Shown: positions 50,604 to 61,287 of the stretch, in pieces
Position numbering within the stretch: the first letter of the stretch is position 1
How the letters are laid out: each line of letters opens with the position of its first letter
Assembly (NCBI GenBank): GCA_963737655.1
Contig: CAVTTN010000002.1
Location: 3,456,001 to 3,520,000, forward strand
Source: an uncultured Planctomycetota bacterium
GTDB lineage: Bacteria > Planctomycetota > Planctomycetia > Isosphaerales > Isosphaeraceae
Direction: 5' to 3'
Length of the DNA: 64,000 nt
Program-made: the position numbers and the translations under genes
Notes under the pieces: generated by a model
What the model saw: only the letters and a program-made list of their open reading frames with translations
Told to the model about the DNA's origin: nothing
Database searches by the model: none

Positions 50604-52916
50604 ATGCCGAGGAACCCCTGGAGGATCGCCCTGGCCGTGCTGGCCGCGACCCTGGCGGCGAGGGCGGACGGTCCATCGGCCCCCTCCGATCGGTTCTCGG
50701 ACGACCAGAAGAGGCACTGGGCGTTCCAGCCGGTCCGGCGGCCGGATTTGCCGGACGTCGTTCAGAAAACCTGGGTTCGGAACCCGATCGACCGCTTCAT
50801 CCGGGCGGCGAACGAGGGGCTCGGGTTCCCCCAGGCGCCGGAGGCCGACCGCCGGACCCTGATCCGCCGGGTCTTCGCCGACCTGATCGGCCTGCCGCCG
50901 TCGCCGGAGGAGGTCCGGGCGTTCGTCGAGGACCCCGACCCGCTCGCGTACGAGGCGCTCGTCGATCGCCTGCTCGCCTCCCCGGCCTTCGGCGAGCGGT
51001 GGGCCCAGCACTGGCTGGACCTGGCCCATTACGCCGATTCGAACGGCTTCGAGCTGGACGCCGATCGTCCCGACATGTGGCGATATCGCGACTGGCTGAT
51101 CCAGGCCCTGAACGACGACATGCCGTATGACCGATTCGTGACCCTCCAGGTCGCCGGGGAGGAGGCCGAGCCCGGTTCGGTCGAGGCGTCGATCGCCTCG
51201 GGATTCTGCCGGGCGGGGCCTCGCGAGGTCGTCTCCGGGAACATCGATCCCGACGTGAAGCGGCAATCCGAGTTGACCGAGATCACCGGGACCGTCGGCT
51301 CGACGTTCCTGGGGCTCACGGTCGGCTGCGCCCGGTGCCACGACCACAAGTTCGACCCCCTGCCCTCCGCCGATTATTACGGCCTCCAGGCCTTCTTCGC
51401 CGGTTCGCGGATGGTCGAGAAGGACATCGCCACCGACGCCGAGAAAACGGCGTTCGCCCGGGCCGAGGCAGTTGCGAACGAGCGGCTTGCACCCTTGAAG
51501 GCGCAGATCGGCGAGCTCGAGGCGCCCTACCGGGCCGCCCTGCGACGGCACAAGGAGGCGATGCTGACGCCCCTCGAACGGGCCGTCGTGGCGATCCCGG
51601 AGAAGAAGCGGACGCCGGAGCAGAAGAAGAGGGCCCAGGGCGTTCAGAAGGCCCTGAACGTGACGTGGGAAGAGGTCGCGGCGGCCGTCGCCGAGGACCC
51701 CGAGGACCACGCCGCCCGCGAGTGGCTGAAGCGAGAGATCAGCCAGATCCAGGAGTCCATGCCGCCCCCTCCGCCGAAGGCCGAGGCCCTGATCGACGAG
51801 GGCGACCACATCCCCGAGACGTTCATCCTGAAACGCGGCGACCCCCGGGCGAAGGGCCCGAAGGTCGATCCCCACCCCTTGCGGATCGCCCTGGCCAGCC
51901 AGCCCGACGACGCCTTCCCGCCGGTGGTCGAGCGATCGGAACGGACGAGCGGGCGACGCCTCGCCCTGGCCCGATGGCTGACCCGGCCCGACAACCCGCT
52001 GACGCCTCGGGTGATCGTCAACCGCCTCTGGCAGGGGCATTTCGGCCGGGGGATCGTGGCCTCCTCCAGCGATTTCGGCCTGAGGGGCGAGCTGCCGAGC
52101 CACCCGGAGCTCCTGGATTATCTCGCCTCCGAGCTCGTCGCCGGCGGTTGGCGGCTCAAGCCGATCCATCGCCTGATGGTCACGTCGGCCACCTATCGGC
52201 AGGCGACCAGACTCCCGGACGGGGCGGCCCGCAAGCCGTCGGAGGACGACCCGGAGGATGCGTACCTGTGGACGATGCCGCGACGGAGGATGGACGCGGA
52301 GGCGATCCGCGATGCGTTCCTCGTCGCCTCCGGCGAGCTGAACCCGAAGCGAGGCGGGCCGGGGGTCCGTCCGCCGATCGAGCCCGAGGTGGAAGACCTG
52401 ATCTTCACCGAGGCGGAGGTGGTGGACCTCTGGCCCGAGGCGGCCGACCGCTCGGAGCACCTCCGCCGGTCGATCTACCTGTTCCGCAAGAGGAACGTCC
52501 GCGACCCGATGTTCGACGCCTTCGACGCGCCCGACCGCCAGACCGCATGCCCCTCGCGGAACCGCAGCGTCCACGCCTTGCAGCCCCTGATCCTGCTGAA
52601 CGGCCGGTTCGCCCTGGACCGCGCCCGGGGACTCGCCGGACGAGTGTTCCGCGAAGCATCGGGCTCGGACGATTCCCGGCTCGATCGGCTCTCCAGGATC
52701 GTCGTGGCCCGGTCGCCGAGCCCGTCGGAACGGTCCCGATCGCTCGAATTCCTCGACTCGCAGGCGAAATTCCTCCGCGACGAACGGGCCCGGACCGGCC
52801 GACCCCTGGCCCGTCCCTCGTTCGCCCCGGCGACGATCGACGAGGCCCGGCTCGCGGCTTGGGTCGACCTGGCCCTGGCGATGCTGAATCGCGATGAGTT
52901 CTTGACCGTCCCTTGA
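50604..52916 (+). CDS. DUF1549/DUF1553 (PSCyt2/PSD1) planctomycete protein
   Basis: [69 protein letters not shown]. Confidence 0.95.
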   Translation: MPRNPWRIALAVLAATLAARADGPSAPSDRFSDDQKRHWAFQPVRRPDLPDVVQKTWVRNPIDRFIRAANEGLGFPQAPEADRRTLIRRVFADLIGLPPSPEEVRAFVEDPDPLAYEALVDRLLASPAFGERWAQHWLDLAHYADSNGFELDADRPDMWRYRDWLIQALNDDMPYDRFVTLQVAGEEAEPGSVEASIASGFCRAGPREVVSGNIDPDVKRQSELTEITGTVGSTFLGLTVGCARCHDHKFDPLPSADYYGLQAFFAGSRMVEKDIATDAEKTAFARAEAVANERLAPLKAQIGELEAPYRAALRRHKEAMLTPLERAVVAIPEKKRTPEQKKRAQGVQKALNVTWEEVAAAVAEDPEDHAAREWLKREISQIQESMPPPPPKAEALIDEGDHIPETFILKRGDPRAKGPKVDPHPLRIALASQPDDAFPPVVERSERTSGRRLALARWLTRPDNPLTPRVIVNRLWQGHFGRGIVASSSDFGLRGELPSHPELLDYLASELVAGGWRLKPIHRLMVTSATYRQATRLPDGAARKPSEDDPEDAYLWTMPRRRMDAEAIRDAFLVASGELNPKRGGPGVRPPIEPEVEDLIFTEAEVVDLWPEAADRSEHLRRSIYLFRKRNVRDPMFDAFDAPDRQTACPSRNRSVHALQPLILLNGRFALDRARGLAGRVFREASGSDDSRLDRLSRIVVARSPSPSERSRSLEFLDSQAKFLRDERARTGRPLARPSFAPATIDEARLAAWVDLALAMLNRDEFLTVP

Positions 52917-52931
52917 GGCCGTTTTGGAGAC

Positions 52932-53032
52932 TCACCACGGAGTCACGAAGGGCACGGAGGAAGACACGAAGAAGTCGCGGACTCCCGAATGTCTTTGTGT
53001 CTTGCTCCGTGCCCTTCGTGACTTCGTGGTGA
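52932..53032. repeat. Long palindromic repeat element, copy 2 (41-bp arms, 19-nt loop)
   Basis: 52932-52972 pairs with 52992-53032 (2 G-U, 1 mismatch); homologous to copy 1. Confidence 0.9.
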
Positions 53033-53106
53033 AACCGACGGGTCCCCGAGCGAGTGGCTCTCGACAAGAATCCCCCGACCCATGGTTTCCAGGAGCGACG
53101 AACCCG

Positions 53107-54558
53107 ATGAGCCGCCCTCGATGCCCCGGCCCCGGGACGATCCGCCCTTCCTCCCGCCGCGACTTCCTCAAGGGCCTCGGCGGAGGGTTCGGCCTGCTCG
53201 GCCTGGCGGACTTGCTCGCTCGCGAATCGGTGGCCTCCGAGGCCGCGTCCTCGAACCCCCTGGCCGCGAAGCCCCCGCACTTCCCGGCGAAGGCGAAGCG
53301 GTGCATCTTCCTGTTCATGGTCGGCGGGCCGAGCCAGGTGGACCTTTTCGATCCGAAACCCGAGCTCACCAAGCTCGACGGCAAGCGCCTGCCCGAGAGC
53401 TTCGGGGGCATCCACAGCCAGTTCCTCGAAGGCGACCCGCTCTGCCTCGGCAGCCACCGGAAATGGTCGAAATGCGGCGAGTCCGGGCTCGACATGTCGG
53501 ACCTGGTCCCGAGCCTCCACCCCCTGGCCGATGACCTGGCGATGATCCGGTCGTGCGTGGCGGACAGCGTCGTTCACGCGCCGGCACATTACCAGATGAA
53601 CACGGGCCGCGTCTTCATGGGCTACCCGTCGCTGGGGAGCTGGGCGACTTACGGGCTGGGCTCGGAGAGCGAAAACCTGCCCGCGTTCGTGGTGATGACC
53701 CAGCCCGAGGGCACTCCCGAAGGGGGGGCGCCGTGCTGGGGGTCGGGCTTCCTGCCGGCGGCCCACCAGGGGACTCGGTTCCTCCCCGGCCCGTCGCCGA
53801 TCGTGAACCTCCGGCCCGGGGCGCCCGGCTTCACCCTCCCCCAGCAGAGGAGGACCCTGGACCTCCTCCGCGACCTCGACCACGAGGGCACACCCGCCGA
53901 GGACCCGGCGATTGCCGCCAGGATCGCCTCGTATGAACTCGCGTTCCGGATGCAGAGCGAGGCGCCCGACGCCGTCGACCTGGCCCGCGAGACCGCCGAG
54001 ACCCGCCGGCTTTACGGCCTGGATGACCCGAAGACCGAGGACTTCGGCACGCGATGCCTCCTCGCCCGCCGCCTGGTGGAGCGGGGCGTGAGGTTCGTCC
54101 AGGTCTATTCGGGAGGAGGCCCCGTCGCCACTCAGTGGGACGCCCACGACGACGTGGACGCCAATCATGAGCACATGAGCGGCCGGACCGATCGGCCCGT
54201 CGCGGCCCTCCTGACCGACCTGAAGCGCCGCGGCCTGCTCGACGAAACCCTGGTCGTCTGGGGGGGCGAGTTCGGCCGGACTCCGGTCAGCCAGGGGGGC
54301 AGCCGAGGGCGGGACCACAACGCCACCGGCTTCACCATGTGGATGGCCGGCGCCGGGATCAAGGGCGGGACCGTCCACGGCGCCACCGACGAGATCGGCC
54401 TGAATGCCATCGAGGGCCGGGCCCACATCAACGACCTCCACGCCACGATCCTCCACCTGATGGGCCTGGACCACAAGAAGCTCACATTCCTCCACAACGG
54501 CCGGGACGAGCGGCTCACCGACGTGGGCGGGAAGGTGATCACGCCGATCCTGGCCTGA
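53107..54558 (+). CDS. DUF1501 family protein with Tat signal
   Basis: [38 protein letters not shown]. Confidence 0.95.
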   Translation: MSRPRCPGPGTIRPSSRRDFLKGLGGGFGLLGLADLLARESVASEAASSNPLAAKPPHFPAKAKRCIFLFMVGGPSQVDLFDPKPELTKLDGKRLPESFGGIHSQFLEGDPLCLGSHRKWSKCGESGLDMSDLVPSLHPLADDLAMIRSCVADSVVHAPAHYQMNTGRVFMGYPSLGSWATYGLGSESENLPAFVVMTQPEGTPEGGAPCWGSGFLPAAHQGTRFLPGPSPIVNLRPGAPGFTLPQQRRTLDLLRDLDHEGTPAEDPAIAARIASYELAFRMQSEAPDAVDLARETAETRRLYGLDDPKTEDFGTRCLLARRLVERGVRFVQVYSGGGPVATQWDAHDDVDANHEHMSGRTDRPVAALLTDLKRRGLLDETLVVWGGEFGRTPVSQGGSRGRDHNATGFTMWMAGAGIKGGTVHGATDEIGLNAIEGRAHINDLHATILHLMGLDHKKLTFLHNGRDERLTDVGGKVITPILA

Positions 54559-54720
54559 TCGGCCCCTCGCTCTCGGACGAAGGAGCCGAGTTTCGGTTTC
54601 GTCCGACGTTTCTCCGAGGCTCCGTCTTGACCGTCGATTTTCTTCACGGTCAAATCAGCCTGATTTGACGACCCTGATGACGCTGTTGAGACCTTCGTGG
54701 CGATCGAAAGGCGGGTGTCC

Positions 54721-56069
54721 GTGACCAGGCCGTCGGGGGATCGTGACGGCGAGGATCGGTCCGGGTCGCTCCTTCGGAAGATCCAGGGCGGATCGGCGCG
54801 GGTGGGGATCATCGGCCTGGGCTATGTGGGCCTCCCTCTGGGCCGGGCGTTCGTCGAGCGAGGGATTTCCGTCCTGGGTTTTGACGTCGATCCGGCGAAG
54901 GTCCGGCGTCTGGAGGCGGGCGAGAGCTACATCGGCCATCTCTCCGACGACGTGATCCGCTCCATGACCGCCTCGGGGTTCGAGGCGACCGATCGGTTCG
55001 ACCGCCTGGGCGAGCCCGACGCCATCCTGATCTGCGTGCCCACGCCCCTGACCGATTCGCGAGACCCGGACCTCTCGTTCGTGGTCGAATCGACCCGGGC
55101 CATCGCCGAGAGCCTCCGGCCGGGTCAGTTGATCGTCCTGGAGAGCACGACCTATCCCGGGACGACCCGCGAGGTTGTCCTGCCGATCCTGGAATCGTCG
55201 GGCTTGAGGCTGGGCGAGGATTTCTTCCTGGCGTTCAGCCCCGAGCGTGAGGACCCGGGGAACCCGAAATTCTCGGCCCCGACGATCCCGAAGGTCGTCG
55301 GCGGGATCGACCCGGCGAGCCTCGAACTGGCCTCCGCTCTGTACGCCCGGATCGTGGTGAAGGTCGTCCCGGTCTCCTCGACCGAGGTCGCCGAGGCGTG
55401 CAAGATCCTCGAAAACACCTACCGAGCGGTGAATATCGCGTTGGTGAACGAGCTGAAGGTCCTTTACGACCGGATGGGCGTGGACGTCTGGGAGGTGATC
55501 GAGGCGGCGAAGACCAAGCCGTTCGGTTTTCAGGCGTTCTATCCGGGTCCGGGCCTGGGCGGCCACTGCATCCCCATCGACCCGTTCTACCTGACGTGGG
55601 TGGCGAGGAAACATGGCCTCTCGACCCGCTTCATCGAGCTGGCCGGCGAGATCAACACGGGGATGCCCCTGTACGTCGTGGGCAAGGTCGCCGACGCCCT
55701 GAACGACCGGGGCCGGGCCGTGAAGGGCAGCCGGATCCTCCTCCTGGGGATGGCGTACAAGAGGGACGTGGACGACGTCCGCGAGTCTCCCGGCCTGGAA
55801 TTGATGGACCTCCTGGCGAGGAAGGGGGCCCTGGTGGATTATCACGATCCGCACGTCCCGGAGCTTCGACCGACCCGCCACTTCCCCTCGCTGTCCCGGG
55901 CCCGAGTCGAGTTGTCGGCCGAGGTCCTGCAATCCTCCGATTGCGTGATCATCGTGACCGATCACTCGTCGTACGACTGGCCGATGGTCGTGGAGAACGC
56001 GGCCCTGGTGATCGACACGAGGAATGCGACCCGAGGGTCTCGGGCCCGGCGACGATCGTCCGGGCCTGA
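54721..56069 (+). CDS. UDP-N-acetyl-hexosamine dehydrogenase (WbpA/WecC/TviB family); frameshift near 56040
   Basis: GLGYVGLP, CVPTP, LESTTYPGTT, SPEREDPG, KILENTYR, GGHCIPIDP, YKRDVDDVRESP; probable true end ...ATIVRA*. Confidence 0.92.
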
Positions 56070-56107
56070 ACCGGCGAGGTGTAGCTCTGGAATCCGGATC
56101 GTCCAAA

Positions 56108-56218
56108 GGGTGCCCCCGGTTCTTGAACCGGGGCGTCGCAGCCGCAAGAGGCCCAGCAGAACGGCCCGGAACGACCTCTTGCGGCCGCGCCGCCCCGGTT
56201 CAAGAACCGGGGGCACCC
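56108..56218. repeat. REP doublet (REPIN/BIME-like)
   Basis: 44-bp inverted arms (56108-56151, 56175-56218, 2 mismatches), each with internal hairpin CCCCGGTTC-TT/AA-GAACCGGGG. Confidence 0.85.
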
Positions 56219-56419
56219 GAAAAACTCCGGAATCGAGAGCTAGACCCGAAGCAGCCCTGGCCCCGTCGGCAAAGGATGGCGACCTTGACGGCTCGGTTGC
56301 CGATCCTAGACTATGGGATGCGTCTTCGGGGGCGAAGGGGGCGGACTTGGGCGTTCGCCGTCTTTTTTTCGCCGATTCGGGACGCGCTCGCGAACTCTCC
56401 GCCGGGGCGGGACGTAGCC

Positions 56420-57049
56420 ATGATGAAGGCCCTCGGTGTCGTGGACGACCTGGATCACGTCTCGGACGAGGTCTTGCTCGGCCGCTACCGAGACGAGGGC
56501 CGGACCGCCGACTTCGATGCCCTCGTGCATCGATACGAGAAGGAATTATATCGGTATCTCGCCCGCTACACCGGAGACTCGGCGCTCGCCGAGGACGTGT
56601 TCCAGAACACGTTCCTCCAGGTCCACCTGAAGAAAGGCCTGTATGAGGATGGCCGCCCGGTCCGCCCCTGGCTCTACTCGATCGCGACCCACCAGGCCGT
56701 CGACGCCCTCCGCAAGGCGGGCCGGCACCCGACGATCAGCCTGGACGTCCGGGGAGGATCGGGAGGCGGGGACTCCGAGCCGAGCGCCCTGGTGGACCTG
56801 CTCGTCAGCGACGTCGAGGGGCCCCTCGCCGAACTCCAGGGCGAGGAGCGCAAGGAGTGGGTCCGCCAGGCCATCGAGAAACTGCCCGAATCCCTCCGCC
56901 AGACGCTGATCCTCGCCTATTTTCAGGATTTGAAATATCGGGAAATCGCCGAGATCCAGAAGATCCCGGTCGGAACCGTCAAGTCCCGCCTCCACGCCGC
57001 CCTGGCCAAGCTGCTCGAGATGGCCCGGGGGTCTCACCAGGACGAATGA
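56420..57049 (+). CDS. ECF sigma-70 factor
   Basis: SDEVLL, LAEDVFQNTF, WLYSIA, YREIAE...GTVKSRLH; possible own promoter GAACT-N16-CGTA at 56392-56416. Confidence 0.95.
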   Translation: MMKALGVVDDLDHVSDEVLLGRYRDEGRTADFDALVHRYEKELYRYLARYTGDSALAEDVFQNTFLQVHLKKGLYEDGRPVRPWLYSIATHQAVDALRKAGRHPTISLDVRGGSGGGDSEPSALVDLLVSDVEGPLAELQGEERKEWVRQAIEKLPESLRQTLILAYFQDLKYREIAEIQKIPVGTVKSRLHAALAKLLEMARGSHQDE

Positions 57050-57071
57050 GAGAGAAAGAGCGAGTGATCCC

Positions 57072-58016
57072 ATGAACGCCCAAGACATGCTGGATTACAC
57101 GTTCGGACAGCTCGACGCCCCCCGTCGGGATCTCTTCGAACAGGCCATGGCCGACGACCCGGAACTCGCGGAGAAGGTGGCCCGGCTCGGCCGGTCGGTG
57201 TCCAGCCTGGTCGATGACGGCGAGGAGATCGAGCCGCCGTCGGACCTGGCCGAGAACACCCTGGCCCTCGTGGCCCGGCGGAGGCAGCGGCCGGCGATCC
57301 TCGATTTCGTCCCGACCCGCGTGCCGTTTCGCTGGCAGGATGTCGCCGTGGCCGCCACCGTCCTGATCGCCAGCCTCGCCACCCTGGGCGTCCCCCTGCT
57401 CCGGTCCCGCGCCAGGATGGCCCAGGCCGCCTGCGCCTTCAACCTCGGCCGGCTGGGCGTGGGCCTCTCGAAGTACGCCGCCACCAACGGCTCGTACCCC
57501 CTGGTCGAGGCGTCGCTGCCGGCCGGGGCCTACGGCGTGATGCTCCACGAGGCCCACGACCTGCCCGATCCCTCGGTCTTGCAGTGCCCGTGTACCGGCA
57601 AGGACCAGGTCAGGAAGAACCTGCCGGACATCCAGCACTTCCGCGAGATGGCCTGCGACTCCCCGGCCGCCTGCCGGACCCTGGTCGAGGGGCATTACGC
57701 CTACCACGTCGGCTACCGGGACCGCTCGGGCAAGCTCTCCGCCGTCCCCGACGCCGCCGACTCCCACCTGCCGATCGCCGCCGACGACCCGCCCCACTCC
57801 GACGACGGCGTGATGCTCGTCGGCAACAGCCCCAACCACGGAGGGGCCGGTCAGAACGTCCTGTACGGAGACGGCCACGTCGCCTGGAAGAGGACGCGGT
57901 GGGTCAGCGACCAGGACAAGGACCTCTATCTCAACGAGGCCGACCGCCCCGCCCCCGGACTCCACCCCGCCGACTCCGCCCTGATCCCCAGCGCCCTGCC
58001 GGTCAAGGACCGCTGA
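57072..58016 (+). CDS. Putative anti-sigma factor with TM helix and DUF1559/H-X9-DG-like extracytoplasmic domain
   Basis: MLDYTFGQLD...PPSDLAE anti-sigma-like N-terminus; TM; CAFNLGRLGVGLSKYA; NHGGAGQNVLYGDGHV. Confidence 0.8.
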   Translation: MNAQDMLDYTFGQLDAPRRDLFEQAMADDPELAEKVARLGRSVSSLVDDGEEIEPPSDLAENTLALVARRRQRPAILDFVPTRVPFRWQDVAVAATVLIASLATLGVPLLRSRARMAQAACAFNLGRLGVGLSKYAATNGSYPLVEASLPAGAYGVMLHEAHDLPDPSVLQCPCTGKDQVRKNLPDIQHFREMACDSPAACRTLVEGHYAYHVGYRDRSGKLSAVPDAADSHLPIAADDPPHSDDGVMLVGNSPNHGGAGQNVLYGDGHVAWKRTRWVSDQDKDLYLNEADRPAPGLHPADSALIPSALPVKDR

Positions 58017-58045
58017 GCGGGCGAAGGTCCATCCGAAGCTGAAGA

Positions 58046-58097
58046 GAATGCCGTCGGCCCATGTTTTCTGTCATGAAAACATGGGCCGACGGCATTC
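58046..58097. terminator. 23-bp perfect inverted repeat between convergent genes (bidirectional terminator or REP)
   Basis: GAATGCCGTCGGCCCATGTTTTC-TGTCAT-GAAAACATGGGCCGACGGCATTC. Confidence 0.7.
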
Positions 58098-58120
58098 ACT
58101 TTTCAGGTGCTCGTATTTTT

Positions 58121-58948
58121 CTACAGAGCCGCTCCCGACCCCTTGTCCGCTCCCTGCTCCGAACCTCGCTCGACGCGGGCCTGTCGGCGCCGACGGGCTT
58201 GGTTCAGCAGGGCGAGGCCGCCGAGGCCGAGCAGGGCCAGCGACCCGGGCTCGGGGACGGCGCTGGTGTGGATCACGAGTCGGCGGATGCCCGAGGCGCT
58301 GCTCCCGGAGAAGATCCCCAGCTCGTTGACGCTAATGCCGGGAATGCTCGTGAAGTCGATGGCGCCGCCGACCGCGAACGACTGCCCCTCGTGGGCGGTG
58401 ATCGAGGTGATCGCCGCCGCGTTGAGGTTGATCGAGAGCGTCGTGTTGTCGTCCGCCGCCGTGACGACCGTGGTCCCGAGGAGCGTCCCGTCGCCGAGGT
58501 CGTTGTACCGCGAGAGGAGCGCGGAGTAGCCAGCATCGCCTTGCTTGAGGCTGACGTCCGCGGGCAACGATGACGCGTCCTGGGAGGCGTCATGGAGCCG
58601 ATAGGTCGCCGAGGTGAAGGCGTTGCTGGGATAGGTAAAGAACCCGGCCGAGGGTTCGGACAGTTCGAGCGTCACCCCGGTCACGGTACCCGTGACCTGG
58701 GAGAGATCGAACACGAAGAAGTTGCGGAACTCATTGTAACCGAGGCCGACCGAGGTCGCGTCCTGCGCGGCGGCCCCATAGGCATCCGTCGCTGCCGTTA
58801 CCTGTGCCGGGAATGACCCGCCGAATAATGCATCCCGATGAGAATAATTCCCCGAGGTGGTCGCGTTGATCGTGTAGTCCGCCTGCGCGGATGCGTGCAG
58901 ACAGGCCATCAGGGCGGCGAACGTGCCGGCGAAGACGATCCTTCTCAT
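58121..58948 (-). CDS. PEP-CTERM sorting-domain surface protein
   Basis: Signal peptide ...ASAQA; C-terminal AVPEPGSLALLGLGGLALL followed by RRRR. Confidence 0.92.
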   Translation of the reverse strand: MRRIVFAGTFAALMACLHASAQADYTINATTSGNYSHRDALFGGSFPAQVTAATDAYGAAAQDATSVGLGYNEFRNFFVFDLSQVTGTVTGVTLELSEPSAGFFTYPSNAFTSATYRLHDASQDASSLPADVSLKQGDAGYSALLSRYNDLGDGTLLGTTVVTAADDNTTLSINLNAAAITSITAHEGQSFAVGGAIDFTSIPGISVNELGIFSGSSASGIRRLVIHTSAVPEPGSLALLGLGGLALLNQARRRRQARVERGSEQGADKGSGAAL

Positions 58949-59247
58949 GGGGGGGATCCTCGGTGAGTGCGATGCGAGTTCGGAGTCTTCTTCAACGACC
59001 CAACACCGGGTCGAGGCGAGACGACGGAAGTGTCTTTCCGCCGCCTCACGGCCAAGCTCAGCGGGCCGGCCCGCCGAACGAGCGTTGGCCGCACGACGAA
59101 CGCCGCGGCCTTGCGGCGCAAGCCGTCGGATATCCGCCGGGTTGACGCGGCGGTATTCCTGTGGCTGAATGCTAGCCGTATCGCGGCAATGCGGCCTATT
59201 CCCTAATCCTGGGGATGCGGCCTCCTTTAAGGAATGGACCTATTTCG

Positions 59248-60066
59248 ATGTCAAAGTCGTCGAGCCTGCGCGTTTCGGATTGCCGGCGGATCCAGCACCT
59301 CGTGGGCGAGTGTCGAGAGCTCGGCGTCGGGGTCGAAGCGTGGCAGTTGCACCTGCTCGCGGGCCTGAGCGACCTGACCGGCGGGCTCCTGGGCTTCTGC
59401 GGCGAACTGGCGGACTTCCGTGGGACGCAGCTCAAGTTTCTCGGCATGACCGACCGTGGCTGGGCCTTCGATTCCGACCGGGCGCAGTACTTAGCCGGGC
59501 TCGCGTACTTCCTGCAGGAGCCGGGGGCCGCGTCCACCCTGGCCGCCTATAAGCGCGGGTCGATCGCGGAGGACGGCGTCTGCCTCGCGAAGTCGGACCT
59601 GTTCACCGCCCGCGAATGGGTGAGCACGCCGGATTATGAACTCGTCCTCCGCCCGATCCGGGTGAAGGACGTCCTCTGGTGCATCCGAACGATCCCGGGG
59701 GCCGACGACGAGGCGTCGATCGGGCTGGTGCTGCACCGACACCTCGGAGAGCGAGGCTTCGGCGCGTGGGACAAGGCCGTGGTGTCCGAGACGCTGGAGG
59801 CCCTGGCCCCGCTGGTCGGCGGGCCGTTGGCCCGGTTCGCCGATCCGTCCGTAGCGGCGCTGGCCCCGCGCGTGCGGGCGGTCCTGCGTTGCCTGCTGGA
59901 GGGCGACAGCGACAAGCAGATCGCGGCCCGACTGCGACTGAGCCCTCACACCGTGAACCAGTACACGAAGGCCATCTACCGGCACTTCCGTGCGAGGGGC
60001 CGCACCGACTTGATGGCGACGTGGATTCGCCGGGGTTGGAGCCTCCAAGCCGTCCCGACCGGCTGA
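59248..60066 (+). CDS. LuxR-type C-terminal HTH regulator with GAF-like N-terminus
   Basis: LAPRVRAVLRCLLEGDSDKQIAARLRLSPHTVNQYTKAIYRHF. Confidence 0.9.
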   Translation: MSKSSSLRVSDCRRIQHLVGECRELGVGVEAWQLHLLAGLSDLTGGLLGFCGELADFRGTQLKFLGMTDRGWAFDSDRAQYLAGLAYFLQEPGAASTLAAYKRGSIAEDGVCLAKSDLFTAREWVSTPDYELVLRPIRVKDVLWCIRTIPGADDEASIGLVLHRHLGERGFGAWDKAVVSETLEALAPLVGGPLARFADPSVAALAPRVRAVLRCLLEGDSDKQIAARLRLSPHTVNQYTKAIYRHFRARGRTDLMATWIRRGWSLQAVPTG

Positions 60067-60080
60067 GGGACGGGGAAAGA

Positions 60081-60129
60081 GGTCAGGAGCCGAAAACAGG
60101 TTTATTTAGGCCCGAATTCGGCTCCTGAC
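60081..60129 (+). repeat. REP-like palindrome, left boundary of cassette
   Basis: GGTCAGGAGCCGAA-N21-TTCGGCTCCTGACC hairpin; 40/49 identical to the inverted copy at 62161-62209. Confidence 0.8.
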
Positions 60130-60140
60130 CCCTTTTCTCC

Positions 60141-61222
60141 TCACGGCTTATCGTAGTCCAAGATCAGCTTGCCGCTAGACCACTTGGCACGGAGGCCCGA
60201 CGAGTTCCGAACGACTACTCAATCTCGTCTGGGATTGCCAGGCTGGGCTCCAACGCCTTGGGGGCCGGGTCGAAATGGATGTCGCTCAGCGTCCCTTCGT
60301 GATGACGCTGATACTCCGACCCGCCCTCGTACAGAAACCGCGTGTGGCGGGTATAGCCAACGATCATGGGCCGACCCGCAACCATGCCTATGCGATAATC
60401 AAGTTGGATGTCCATGCCGCGCATCGGCAATTTGGGATATGGGCCGCTATCGGACTTGGGAGCCTTGAGGGTCCCCATGCGGACTTTGTCGATCAAGTCC
60501 GCTTCGCCCTTGACGAGTCGCATGCGAATCGGCGCGAAGGATGCGGCGGGGTCAAGCCACAGCGTGACCCGGCCATGGGCCGTCACACCTTCGAGAACGT
60601 GACAGGGCCTCCCCGCCAACACGTCAGCCCGAGTTGTCAGCCGTGTCGCCGAGTCGCGTAGGAGGTCAGTGACAGTCAGGCGGTCCGAGTGGAGGTATCC
60701 ATACAAGTTGCAGGACTCGTCCTGAGTCTTATACTCGCTGGCTGATGTGGGTCGCTCGGCATCGACCTCTGCCACCACCATTGTCTCAATGCGGCCGCGC
60801 ATACCGGATCGAAGGAGCTTCTCCGCTCCGGCCTCGTCAATCTCGGCCAATTCTTGGGTTGTGCGATCCACGCGATTTACATAAATGTACGTCTTCCCGT
60901 CGAAGGTTTTCTCCGACTCCGTCTCAATTGGAGTCTTGAGGTTCTTGAGATTGCCGACGCCGACAGCATGCATTCGGCACCGCCACCGGGCACCCGATTT
61001 CACGAACGTGCCTTCCAGCAGGTTAGTCCACGTCCAGTCGGGGAAAGCGCCGCCCTTCGAGGTGATTCTTTCCACCAACCGATATTGGATCCTCTCCAAG
61101 CTATCCGTGTATCGGGCGTAATGCTCGATCAAATCGCGGGTAGATGGGTCCGCCGCAACGCCCCGCCGCGGATCGATGCCCAATCCCACGAGCGCGAGGA
61201 TCAACCACGCGTGCCTCTTCAA
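60141..61222 (-). CDS. Secreted hypothetical protein (beta-rich, possibly LolA-like fold); frameshift near 60220
   Basis: GGGAGG SD + TTG; signal peptide; CHVLEG...TLWLDP pattern; shifted frame gives VVVRNSSGLRAKWSSGKLILDYDKP*. Confidence 0.7.
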
Positions 61223-61287
61223 GTCCAGCCTCCCGTGTCAGGAGCCGCGGGAACGTTCTCGCCGCAGGGAAGATCACTGTGGCTCTC

